Origin: the human T2T-CHM13v2.0 reference genome, Homo sapiens
Direction: 5' to 3' (one strand)
Length of the DNA stretch: 64,000 nt
Assembly (NCBI RefSeq): GCF_009914755.1
Contig: NC_060936.1
Under the pieces are notes generated by a model. That model was given only the letters and a program-made list of their open reading frames with translations. It was not told where the DNA came from and made no database searches. This document shows, piece after piece, positions 1-14,130 of this stretch. A program made the position numbers and the translations under genes. The first letter of the stretch is position 1; every line of letters begins with the position of its first letter.

Positions 1-395
<395 letters not shown>

Positions 396-657
396 TCAGT
401 CCTGTGTGGACCAATGGGTTTGAGGGGAGGCAGTCAGGAGTGGATTTGGGGAACCCCATAAGGCCAGGATTACCACTGGTGGGAAAGGCTGCCAGCAGCA
501 GCTAGAATTGGCATAATCATCCTGGACCTCTCCCAGTAAGTGCGGGACCAGGAGAAGGCCTCATAAAAAAAGACAGCTAGTTGGAAGACCAACCTCATCT
601 TACTCATCTTGGAGTATTTTTAACCCACACACTGAATCTCAACTCAATTAATATCAA

Positions 658-967
658 GGCCAGGCACAGTGGCTTATGCCTGTAATCCCAGCACTTTAGG
701 AGGCCTAGGCAGATGGATCACTTGAGGTCAGGAGTTCGAGACCAGCCTGGCCAACATGGTGAGACCCCCATCTCTACTGAAAATACAAAAATAAGCCAGG
801 TGTGGTGGTGCATGCCTGTAATCCCAGTTACTCAGGAGGCTGAGACAGAATCACTTGTACCCAGGAGGTGGAGGTTGCAGTGAGACGAGATCATGCCACT
901 GTACTCCAACCTGGATGACAGAGCAAGATTCAGTCTCAGAAAATAAATAAATAAATAAATAAATAAA
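658..967 (+). mobile_element. Alu (S-like) with (AAAT)n tail
   Basis: Full dimeric Alu. Confidence 0.95.
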
Positions 968-1068
968 TGTCAGTTGAATTAAATAGATGGAGATTGGTGA
1001 AATTGGAAATTGGCATAGGAGATGAAGAAATTTTCTAGAACGCTCAAGAGGGAAAAAATGCTAAGTAA

Positions 1069-1452
<384 letters not shown>

Positions 1453-1499
1453 CTATTGACAGAGCAGGTGCTTTGCAAGGATATTTGTCCCTTGCTCTT

Positions 1500-1680
1500 T
1501 ACAGCACATCTGCCTGTAAGGATGTGGGTATCATTATTCCACTTTTATTTTATGAGGAATTAAGACCCAGAAAAGTTAAGCCACCTGGCCAAAGGACACT
1601 CAAAAAGTAGGTGGCAAAGCCAGGACTCCAGTCCCATTTTTCTGCCTCCAAATTCTAGTTATTTGCCTTGCCACCATTCT
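1500..1680 (-). mobile_element. MIR fragment
   Basis: attattccacttttattttatgaggaa...aaagttaag resembles the reverse MIR core. Confidence 0.55.
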
Positions 1681-1861
1681 CTCTATCTCTTAGTTTCCAG
1701 GAAATGGCCATGGGGTTTGCTTCACTGGAATGCAATTCCATGAGAACAGAGACCATGTCCCAGTGATGATTAATTGCTGAATAAATGAATGATAACGTAA
1801 ATGAGTATGTGACTCAGCCTTCCAGAAGTATTGGAAAAGCCCCATGCACTTTCCTATGGCA

Positions 1862-1875
1862 CCAGCAGATGGCGG
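1862..1875 (+). promoter_or_regulatory. CTCF core motif CCAGCAGATGGCGG
   Basis: 14/14 match to CCASYAGRKGGCRS. Confidence 0.65.
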
Positions 1876-3799
1876 CAAAAGAGCAGCTTAGCAAAGGCAG
1901 AGGCAAACACTTGGCGTTTCTTTCATTTATGTATCCTCTCTTCCTTGATCTTTGCAAAACAGGTAGCTTGCATTTCCCCCATCCTCCACCTTCACTACTC
2001 CCCTCCCCCCATTCTGGGAGGAACCAAGAGGTAGTGCTCACAGACTGCAGTCCCCTCTTTCTGTTTTGACCTCTTTGCCCCACCTCAGAGACAAGGTTAT
2101 TTCAAGAAATGGAAGAAGAAATAACACCAGAAGAACTTTAATGGCAATGAAAACCAGTGCAGAAATGACCTTTTTATTGACAAATAGAGAAAAGGTATCA
2201 TGTCCCCAGCTGCTGATGAGGCAGACACAGACTGTCCCCCAACATTGGCCTCATCATCCATACTTTTGTGATTTGCCTTGAAGGGAAGTATGGGGTAGAA
2301 TAGAGGTGGGCAGGGGGAATTTCTTGTTGCGAGGAACTGAAACGGAAGTGTTGGGGATGGGATGGTGGCAGTGGAGAGGAGAGGGTAGCCTTGGTTTACA
2401 TCATTTTGTTTGAAATCAGTCTTGATTTCCTTGACGCCAGGAGGAAATCCATCCCTAAGTGGCCAAGCACCACCCAGAGGCATTTATTTAGTCAGGGCCT
2501 AAGAGTGACAAGGGACTTCCCTGTGATCCTATTTTAACAGAGGGGAGGAAAGAGGAATAACTATCTTTTCCCTTGAACATTCTGCAGTGTCTAGACTATT
2601 CCTTTATGTCTGTGAATTTTCATGTGTGGTTGGTATGTTTACCTGAAGAAAAAGTGAAAGAGACACAAGAAGGGCACAATGATAGAGAGAAAATACATCC
2701 ACTGCAACCACTACAACCTCTGCCTTCCAAATTAGTGGGATCCCTGGGCACATTTAAACTTGACCCACACACATGTTTTGGGTAGATGCCTACTTTGTTC
2801 TAGGCTTTGCTGAGCAATGAAGAGAAAGGGAATTACCTGCATTGAAAGAGGTCCAAGCCTCCCCCTTGTTCATTTTTGCCCCAAGGAAAAGATTCAGGTG
2901 ATTCTCAGGCCCCAAACTACCCCCTTCCAAACTATTCACTCTGATGTTCCAAAATTCAAACCCCTCTCCAAGCAATCACAAGAATAAGGGTAAAACATTA
3001 AAAAAAAAAAAAAAAAAAAAAGCCCCCATTCCACCAGGTATGAAAAGAACTAAGCCTTTCTGAAGACCCAAACATGGGTGAAACCTGTCCATAGCACATG
3101 TCATCCTGACGTATGTGGAGGTGGAAGGTGTAGGGGTGCAGGGGCCAGGGAACCCCCAACCTGGACCCCAATAATCTCTCCATGAAGGGGACTCCCTTGT
3201 AGCTCGTTTTACCCTTGATCTTGAGGTGGGAGGCACCTACTAAAAAGCAATGTTGTTTTATGAAAAGTGGTTTCCTTTTATTACCTGTGATAGCCCAGTG
3301 GGGGTGGCCCTAGCAACAGGAAATTAACACAGAATTCATTGGAGGGCGATAATGATTGTTCATAACCATTGGGTTGATAAGTTAATATCATTAATTACTC
3401 AACAAATTATACAATGCCCGAGGCCTTGGGGTCTGGAGACTATTTAAGATAAGCAAGGAAATAGCGTCCTTCCCTGAGAGACACAGAGAGAAATCTTCTA
3501 AAGTTAAATTCTACTTAGCCAAGACTAGAATCGTTAGGGACCACCTGAAATGTTCCCCAATCCTCTCATTTCGTATTGTTCCCAGAGAGTGATGGGGGGG
3601 GTCTTAATTTATTTGGGCTCACACACTTCTGAGAATCGGAGATAAATTGTAGGATCCCGTCGAGAAATGTGCACCTCTGCACAATAACAAACTTGCGTAT
3701 GATTTCAGGAGATTCACGGGAAGTCCTGAGCCCTCTCTTCCTGTTAGAAGTCCTAGCCCTGGGACTAATCCCCAATTAGCTCAAGGGTGCCGGCTCTGG

Positions 3800-5466
3800 A
3801 GGAGTGGGTGCCCTGGGGGCGGGGTGGGCGGGGGGGAAGCCGGGTGTCGGTTGGGGTGGTGGGTGCGCCATTTGGCAGATACATATTCAGCGCTGGTGCT
3901 TCTAACAGGCTCCCACTGCGGCTGTATGCCTGGGTTGGGAGGGTTGGAGGTTGAGGGTGACTAAGGTAACGACCGGAGACAGCTGGCGCTTCTGCGCGAG
4001 TGAAGGGCGCCCGGTCCCGGCATAAAAAAAAAAAAAGTTTTGTCAACGATGCCCGCGTTCGGGACTGGGGTGGACAATGCGCAAAAGCGTTAGGAAAAAA
4101 GTTCGCGCCCGACTGTGGGTTCTGTGCCTGCGGTGTTCTTGACGCTTTGGGGACATTTGGGAGGCAAAGGGTGCACCTTCCTGGGCCCGCCGCGCGGGCG
4201 CGAAGAGGACCTAGGCGAGAGTTGGCTGTGCGGGCCTGGGGAAGCGAGTCTGTCCTCCGGGTGCAATTCCCCAACCCGAAACCAGAGCCCGGGTCATTAG
4301 CGGGAAACCGAAGTGGCGCGGGGATCGCATTTCAAAAGCTCAAAGAGACAGGCTGACTGGGAGCGCTGGAATTGGGGCGGGGGGGTGGGGGGGCGATGGT
4401 GGGGGTCGGGGATGGTGAGGGGAAGAGCCGGACCGCCCGGACAGTAGCCGTACAGATTCCAACTGGTTGGGTCCCACCCCCACAAAACCCTCCTCTCTTT
4501 TGCGCCCCCCGCCCCCCGATTCCAGAGGCTGCGCCTGAGTCTCATTCACTGCTTTGGGGAGACCCGGGACCCAAAGGCCGTCAGAATTCACCCCAGCCGC
4601 GGGACAGAAGCGCCTTACGTTTTGGGGGCAGGCGCTATTCCCTACTCAAGCCAGTTATTTCCACCCCTACCCAGTGTGCAGCCAGACCCAAGCTCTGGCT
4701 CTCTAGGGCCGTGGGGCCTGCAGTTGTCCAGGCTGCGGGAACCTGGGCCGCACTGCCGGGTAACCAGGCAGCGCTTTTCCTTCGCGGGGCTGCACCCTCA
4801 GCACCCCTTCGCCGGCTTCTCTGTAGAATCCTTCTTTCCACCAGCTGAACCCCTGGGCTTCTAGCTGGGGCCAAAACGTTGGAAGTGAGAGGGCGGAAAA
4901 AACTAAAATGTCATAGGTTCCTGGAAGCTGGGCAGGGTTGAACCCAGAAAGAGCGAAGATCTCTCTGCCTGCGGCGTCTCCACCTGCAGTCCCCGGACTG
5001 CGCTCGGCCTTGGCGCCTGGGTAGACAGAACATAGCAAATGCTAGGGACGCGGGGGAGGATCTGAGGCCAGCAGAGAAAGCCTCAGACACCCAAAGCCCC
5101 AGTCTTGGTTCCAGACCCCGCGGGAGAGGGAAACCCCGGCGTCAGCTTGGTGGTCGCCCTGCGGGCCCCGGCGTACGCCAGCGCTGTTGGAATTTCCTCT
5201 CCCCCGCGGTTTCCCTCGCGGTTCAGATCGGGACCAGAACGCGATCAGCTTCAGTGCCCCGCCGCAGGCATTTTTAAATAGAGTATTGCGTCCCCCATTC
5301 AGCCTCTCTCTTCCTCTACCGGGGAACAAAGGCCCCAAAACCGCGGTCTTAGCTGGGACGGGTGTCCCAGGACACACAAGAGGGTTGGCCGGGGAGGGGG
5401 ATGCTGAAATAAAAGCTGTCCTTTTACATAGCACGACAGATGCACAAAGAAATTTGAACGTTCTCG

Positions 5467-5506
<40 letters not shown>

Positions 5507-8500
5507 CCTGCGGCACACTCCAAAATCCGGAACATCCCCTCAGATTTCTGTAAATCCGGGACATATGCGCCGCAGGTACGTACACCTTCAGCTGAATTAG
5601 GAAAGGGAATTACAGTGGATCCTGGAGCCCACTTCGGTTTGAATCCTGGCTCCATAATTTCCCCCAGAGGATCTTGGGTAAGTGATTTAATGGTCTATGC
5701 CTCAGTTTCCTCTCTTGTAAAACAGAGATAAAGATCATATATCGTTTATGGGGTTAACTGTGAAGGCTAACGGGGGTCACTTTTATGGGGTGCTTCACCG
5801 AGTGCCTGGCTTGTGCACGTGTCCCTTGTATGCCAAGTATTTATATTATTCTTGTTTCGTGTACTTTGAACTCCGACATCTGCAACATATACTTCTTGAT
5901 TATACGCATCTTGATTATAAAACAACCAAATGCATCTACATCCGGAACTGTCTTGCGCATGAACTTCTAAACCCAAATTGGAAGAGACAGCTACAGATGG
6001 AGCACGCACAGCTACACGCAAACATACACATATCCTTCTAACACCTGCAGCTCCTGGCCCCAGAATGCAGACACCCAAGAGCTACCCTTAGATAGGAGTC
6101 TATACTGGGCTACCTACAGAAGAACCCAGGTCGCCGCTGGCGGCCTCGCAGCTGCACCCCGACAGCCACTTTCTTGGCTGGTTGCCGTGAGGTCACATTG
6201 GAAACCAGCGAGGCAGAAAGCGCGCTGTCGTGAAGCGTTGCAAGCCTCTCGTAGCGGCCTGAAGGCGGCTGTCTGTCTGCTGGCTTAGGGGAAAGGTCAG
6301 AATCTGGGTTTTCCTTCTTGGATGGAAATTTTTTTAAGGGCCTACACGTCAGGAACTGTCCCCACAAAGAAAGAGTGGGTCCCAGAACAGCGCAGATCTA
6401 GAGAGAGGCCCTAATCGCGCGAGCGCGCACACACACACGCCCTCTTGCACACACCCGGCTCCTTCAGGTTGCCGGGACCTCGGGAGGAGGGAGCCGCAAG
6501 GTCGTGACCCCTGCCTCTGCCCGAGCGCGCCCTTCGGCCCCTGCAATTAGCGCCGGGAGGTCAGCAGGAACCCGGACGCCTTCACCCGCGGCTCAAAGCA
6601 CAGCAAAAGGCGACCCCATCCCCTCCCCTCCGCGGGTCTCAGACTCCAGGGCGCAGCCAGGACTGGAGCCGACCTTCCCGACAGGCAGGGGTTGGAGGCC
6701 TCTGACCGGCACCCGCATTTGTCACCTTAAATCTACAAGTCACGAAGGTGCTGGGCCCTGCAGGCTGCGGTAGCTGACCCTCGTAGGGACTGCTGCTCCC
6801 GCGAGTCATGGCCTTTGTCCTTGTAGACGCGGCCAGGTTAAAAAACAAAAACTTCCAAAGTTGTGGAGTAAAAAAGAGAGCATCCTGGTACTGGCAAGTT
6901 GTCCCCAGGGCAGAATTTGAGGTGTGTATGTTGGGGAAGGAGGTATCCTTTCTCTATCGACCCATCGCGAATTCAGGTTATCCCCCGCCAGGCGGGGTCC
7001 AGAACAAGGGTCTAGAGATTTCTACAAGCAGCAAGGAACTTGTCCAGAGAATTACGAGCCAGGGTTCCCGCACTGAATTTTCTAACATTCTTTGGAAACC
7101 CAGAGGAGGGCAGGGCTGTTTTTCTCATCTGAGGCACAAACGGGAGTGAAAGTGATATCCAGGAAAGAGGGGAAGGCAGCTTCTTCCGAGGCTGAGAATG
7201 GGGCTGGGGACGGAGGAGGAGGGGAGTGGGGCTGGGAGTGGTGGGGATGAGAAGGGGCGAAGGCGAAGCGCCCAAGTTCCGGAACCCGGGAGGCGCTGGG
7301 GTGCCGAGCCAGCTGCGGCGACCTGGACGCATTCGTAGACGAGACAGATAGGTGGCACTCGAAGCCCAGAAAAAAGGCGAAGGCGCCTGCCCTGAGTGGC
7401 CTCTGGGGCGGCCGCAGCCACCATAAAGCCTGCGGCGAGATTGCGACCGGCGCCAGGTGAGTAATAGGCAGCAAAATCCAGAGAGACTGCGAGCCGTTCA
7501 TCCCCTCCACCCCCCGCCCATCAGCGCTACAGGAGTTACTCATTAACATCACAATATACAAATGAGATACACAGGAGATTAAAAAAAAAAAAAAAAAAAA
7601 AAGAGGAACGCCAGTAAGAGAGGCTGGACACAAGTCTGAGCAGGGTCCCCAAATCGGGGGCGGGGGGAGAGAAGGGAGGAGGTAAGCAAATTTGGACTGA
7701 GAAAGAAGAGAAAAGCAAAGCATTTCTTCCCTTTTGGAGGCTGAGTTCTTTTTTCCCCAATTCGGGAGAGCGCAACCAGCCAACTACCACCTTCTCAGAG
7801 GCGCGGACACCGCGCGTTGTCGCTGGATCCAGAGCTGCCCCCTTCAGGCTGTAGCCGCTGCGCAGAAGGAGCGCGCCCTGGAAATCTCCCAGTCCTCGGG
7901 GGAGCCCCAGCCTCAAAGGTCCCCAGGGCCCGTCTCAGCTCAGGCCCTGCCACCCCCGCAGCGCACCCCGCCCCTCCCCCCCCCCGCGACTCCGCACCAA
8001 CATACTCTGGTTGTCTGTCTTCCCTCCCACCCCCGGAGACATCGCAGAGGAGGCTGTAGGGGTCCCCACGTGCCTGGCCAGAGATGGAAGGGGCTTTGCC
8101 CCGCTCTCCAAAAGGTCTCGACCTCGATCCCTTCCAAGTACAGGATGAGGGAAGGGAGGGGGCGTCCTCCTCTCCGGTCATTCAAGAGGCCTGAAGGTGA
8201 CAGGGACTTGGGGCCGGGCTGGCGGGCTCCAGGGGGTGGCGGGTGGGGGGTGGGGAGGGAGGCAGCCGCCAGGCAGGCTCCAGCTGGGTCTTCACGTCAT
8301 GGCCCCCAGGGCAAGAAAAGGGCTAAGGACTAACCCTCGAACCTTCCCGTGCCGCCCCCGTCCCCCAACAGACACACACCTCGGAGGCGAGGCTGGGGGT
8401 CGGGAGACCAAAAGACTGACAGTGCCTCATCATTTTTTATTGAATGTTTCAAAGATAAATTGAACTTCAAAAGGCAACTCCCCGAACAGCCTGGAGACGG

Positions 8501-8950
8501 GTTTGAAGGGGAGACTAGGGGAGGATGTCAGCCTCCTGGGTGACTTTTGCCGTGGAGGGGGTGAAATGTGCACCCTGGAATTACCTTTCCCCTTTCGGGG
8601 ATAATTTCCCTCCTCCCTCGCGTGACACAGCTAAGTTTTCGCGGAGCTGGCCGCGCTTCGCACGCACAACTCGGGATGGATGGGGCCTCGTAGGGGCGCC
8701 TTGGGCCAGCCGGGTTCAATTTGAGGCACCAGGGACTGCAGGCTGTGTGGGGGGTTGCCGAGTGGAAAGGCGTTGCGTCTTGTCCACTTCTACAACCTGG
8801 AGGGTTGCTGCCTAGCCAAGCCCGCTCGGACTGCTGGGGCATTCTGCTGGCCTTTTCCCCGAGCCAAACACACTGGTGCAAGAAGGTATTTTCGACTTGG
8901 ATTCGCCAGATTGATGTCAAAACTGAGGGCGAGCTTAAAACGAAAAACAT
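3800..8950. promoter_or_regulatory. Cluster of CpG islands downstream of the TBX3 3' end
   Basis: GC-rich with many CG dinucleotides (CGCG, GCGC), almost repeat-free. Confidence 0.75.
5610..5770 (+). mobile_element. MIR fragment
   Basis: ggtttgaatcctggctcc...gcctcagtttcctctcttgtaaaa. Confidence 0.7.
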
Positions 8951-9339
8951 TCGTACTTGCCGAGCTTACTTTTGGTCGGATTCGGGTGGGAAAACCTGAC
9001 TTAGGGAGCACATCAGTCTTTTTCCATTAAAACTTAAAAGTATCTGAAATTACCCTTCTTTCTGTATTCTCATCAGGCCCCTTTCCGTCTCCCTGCTTTG
9101 CTCCCTAATTTAAAGGAAAAGTAATTTCAGATTGAAGTGGCTCCCTTCGCTCAAGTAAGGGACTTTTGTTTTTAGCTTTGTAACTTGAGTGACATCTCAT
9201 TTTGGTTCGCTGGGGGCGGTCTTAATTATTTAAAGGCGAAGGGAAGGGGGTAAACTCAGAACAAGAAGATACTAAACCCTCCCCTGACTGTCCATCTTCA
9301 GGAAAGGTTCCCAAAGAAAAAACATTTAACACAAGGCCC

Positions 9340-10928
9340 AAAGACATTTCAATAAAAATTTATTGAAATTTCAGTGATGTTTTAAAGAGAGGGGGAAAAA
9401 TACAGAAAACCAAAGAACTCATCAACAACTATAACACAAAATATACCTTCATGAATTTGTCTTTAAACCATCTCTCAGCACCTGACTTTTGAACTGTGAA
9501 TATATCTCTATAGGCAGGCACCAATTCAAAACACCGATACTGACAACAGTAGTAAATTCCACTTCGTTTTGAGGAAATCAGAGACTAGCAAATACAAATA
9601 ACAAAAGAAAAATTAAAAAGTCAAACCGCAGCCTCTGCCCTCCTCCCTCCCCACAGCAATCTCAGTTATATTTTAAGGAATTTGAAGTGGAGCTGGAAAG
9701 TGGCACTCCTTCCCCAATTTTGGTGAAAATAGGAAATAGCACTTTCCCCCACTTTTGGACATTAAAAAAGAAAACAAAAATGTTGCAGACAACTCTTTTG
9801 AAAGGGTATTGGTGTTGGTGCAGGAAGTGTGTTTTCTAGTGTTAACAGCAATTCTGTGACCTGGAAATAAACCCAACTAAAGGAAAACAAGAACACAAAA
9901 CCTGACAGTTGCAATTCTATTTACACAGAGCTATGTACAATGTCAATAAATTAAAGTTTAATTTTCCAAGCATTCATATTCCACCTATTTACAAGAGTTA
10001 TCAAATAATTACATAAATACTTTGTCTAATAGTCTCACTTCTTTATTATTTTTTTAAAACCTTGTTATTGCATATACAGGAAAGAGAAAGAACTGTCAAA
10101 GAACGACATGAATCCTGCTACAGAGCTTAGATATAATAAATTCATTTTATGTGTTTTGCCCACTCCTTCCCTTTAAATCCCCCCCTCCCCTGGGTCACTG
10201 ATTTGAGGGCAAAGGATTGGGAAAAGGGTAGGGGGCTATATTGTTTTCTCTCTAAAAGCAAGCGTTCAAAATAAAAACCACAAATACATTACTGTGGACA
10301 TGCAAGAAGAGACCTACAGCGGCTCTGAAAACATCACAAGAATATTAAAAAGACACAGATTTTCTTAATATAGACTAAACAAGGATGGTAGGGACTTCCC
10401 TCCCCAAACAAAGCTGCTCAGTAATTTATTGAGAACCGATAATGCAAGTCCCTATAAAGTTTTTAATCTGCACAAACAGAATCATGTTAATGTGTTCACT
10501 TGTCCCGATTTTTTTTTTGAAAGATTTTGTTTTTGTTTCCACTTGACACAGTGAAGGAAAAATATATATATAAATCCGCACTGAGGGAGATGTCTTTGAA
10601 CACCTCCCCGCCTGGTGGGCAGAGACCCAGACCAGCCTTGCTGGAAGTTGCTCTGGACATAAATGTTGGAACTCCTACCCCCAGTAGCTCAATGCAACCG
10701 ACGTTTCTGAGCCCCCAGAATCTGATCCAGATCCCGGACATATAAACCACGCCAAGAAGACAGGGGCTGTCTCTAGCACATTCTCTCGAGGGAGTCCGGG
10801 GCCCCTTCCCAGACGCAACTGCAAAAGGAAGGGCTAACGCCATGGCGGGCCCGTGGTTTATTTTATATCCGACAAAGTGCACGGCAGCCTGAACTGGACT
10901 GGAATGAAAAGACGTGTCTGGGACGGGT
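9340..10928 (-). other. TBX3: TBX3 3'UTR (~1.6 kb, AU-rich)
   Basis: Follows the stop codon; AU-rich; ends shortly past AATAAA at 9364-9359, with U/GU-rich sequence beyond. Confidence 0.8.
9359..9364 (-). terminator. Distal polyadenylation signal AATAAA of TBX3
   Basis: TTTATT on plus strand; the minus strand downstream reads tgtctttgggccttgtgttaaatgttttttcttt (GU/U-rich element). Confidence 0.8.
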
Positions 10929-11438
<510 letters not shown>

Positions 11439-11569
11439 TTATCTCATCCCTCTCCTCTCTTCTCCCCCTCCAACATTGGGCAAGCCATGAATCCCTGGTA
11501 TGTTCTGTTGTTGTTGTTGTTGTGTTTTTTTTTGGGGGGGGGAGATAGGTGGGGGCAGGAGAGAAGTCA

Positions 11570-11750
11570 ACACTCAGAAATCTCTAGGTACAAATCTTAG
11601 CTGTGTCACCCTAGGCCAAGAGACTTTGATTAACTTGTGCCTCAGCTTCCTTATAGGAAGAAAAAACAGGGAAATCATAAGTAATTCATATACTTATTGA
11701 GGACTTTGTAGATATTAAATGAGTGAAAGCCTGCAATATGCTGCACACAG
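11570..11750 (+). mobile_element. MIR fragment (intron 6)
   Basis: tagctgtgtcaccctaggc...tgtgcctcagcttcct...attaaatgag. Confidence 0.6.
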
Positions 11751-12789
11751 TGTGTGCAGCCCCCAGGAAATCTCCTTGCACCTGTTAAATGGGGATACAG
11801 ATTCAGTTTACCCCACAGAGGTAACCAAGGGGAAGCCGGAGGACATAAATTATTAGGAATAATTTTTTAAATCTTTCTTCTTCCCCAACCCCCATCCTCC
11901 CACCCCAATCCTAGAAGTTTCTCCAAACAAAACAAAACAAAACAAAAAAAACAGACAGTGAAGATCTTAAGCAAAAGGAAACTGGGGCTGGGGGAGGGAA
12001 AAAGGGCATTTGTTATAAACAGAGACAAAGAAATCGTCCAGCATGATTCACTGGTGTTCCAGGTGAGAAGCCGAGGTAGGCCGCAGGAGTTCAGGAGTGC
12101 ACTAAGCTGGGAATTGGCAGAAGCAGCATTTAAGATGCAGGCACCCTGGCCTGGGCCAGTTCTCTGCATCATGCCTTGAGGTGCCCTTAAGGTTTTGTCT
12201 GTTCAGGTAGTCCTTGGTGTACCAACCACCTGCCCACCTAGGACAGGGTCTCCCGGAGAAGCCAGCAGAGGAGATGGGAGGAATTGAGAAATGCCAGAAG
12301 CCAAGCCTTTCCTCAGCTCCCTCCTCCCTGGAGTGGGGAGGCCAATCTGGTTTCTTGGCGCAGGGAAGGGAGACCAGACGAATGTGCTCAGACAAAACAA
12401 AAGGCAACAGCATGCAAAACCTCATAGAACCTTTTCATCGAGTTCAGGGTGTTTCCAGCCGCCTGAGACCTCCCCCCAGCACAGCTGTCTGAGCCACACA
12501 CAGGCCTCCAGGCCTGCCCCAGTCCCTGCTTATCCCTGTCCTCTGACATTTCCCACGTGTGCACAAACCATTAACCCTTCGAGGAATAGGCTGGCCTGCC
12601 TGGGGTTGGGGGTGGGGAGAAGAGCTTCGAACTGGGAGGAAAGGCTGGAGGAATCAAGACTGAACTCCTACTCAGGAAGTAGTCACTTCCCCTCCCCAGG
12701 CCTAGAGTCCCATTCCTGGGGAAGGGTTGGCTATGAGACACTTAAGAGACATGTCAGCTCTGAAGCTAAAATCAGAAACCCTCAAAGAG

Positions 12790-12990
12790 GCCCTGGAGTC
12801 AGATAGCCTGGGGTTGAGTCTCAGCTCCACCATGTACCCGCTGTGTGACCTTGGACAAGTCACTCAACATCTCTGGGCGTCTTCGCCTTCATCTGTAAAG
12901 TGGAGGTGATAATAGTACCCCTGAAGGGTTAGGTCAAATGAGTCAATACAGAGCAAGCACTTAGAAGAATGCCTGAAAGTAAGTGCTGTG
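12790..12990 (+). mobile_element. MIR (intron 6)
   Basis: ctgtgtgaccttggacaagtcactcaac...catctgtaaagtggaggtgataatagtacc. Confidence 0.8.
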
Positions 12991-13059
12991 TCCAGCTGTT
13001 ATCTTTGTTACTACCTATCTACTCTGCTGGAAACAGCCTTTAACTTCGGAAAAATTTTA

Positions 13060-14130
<1,071 letters not shown>

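Noticed and set aside
5012-5026. GGCGCC-N5-AGAC as a BMP/SMAD composite element
   Set aside because: SMAD4 half-site orientation is opposite to the canonical GGCGCC-N5-GTCT
5748-6041. ATG-initiated 97-aa ORF (MGLTVKANGG...)
   Set aside because: Starts inside a MIR remnant; no recognisable homology, promoter or splice context
3765-9030. Many overlapping 80-230 aa ORFs on both strands
   Set aside because: Mostly non-ATG starts, Pro/Arg/Gly-rich, no recognisable domain; expected from stop-codon scarcity in CpG islands
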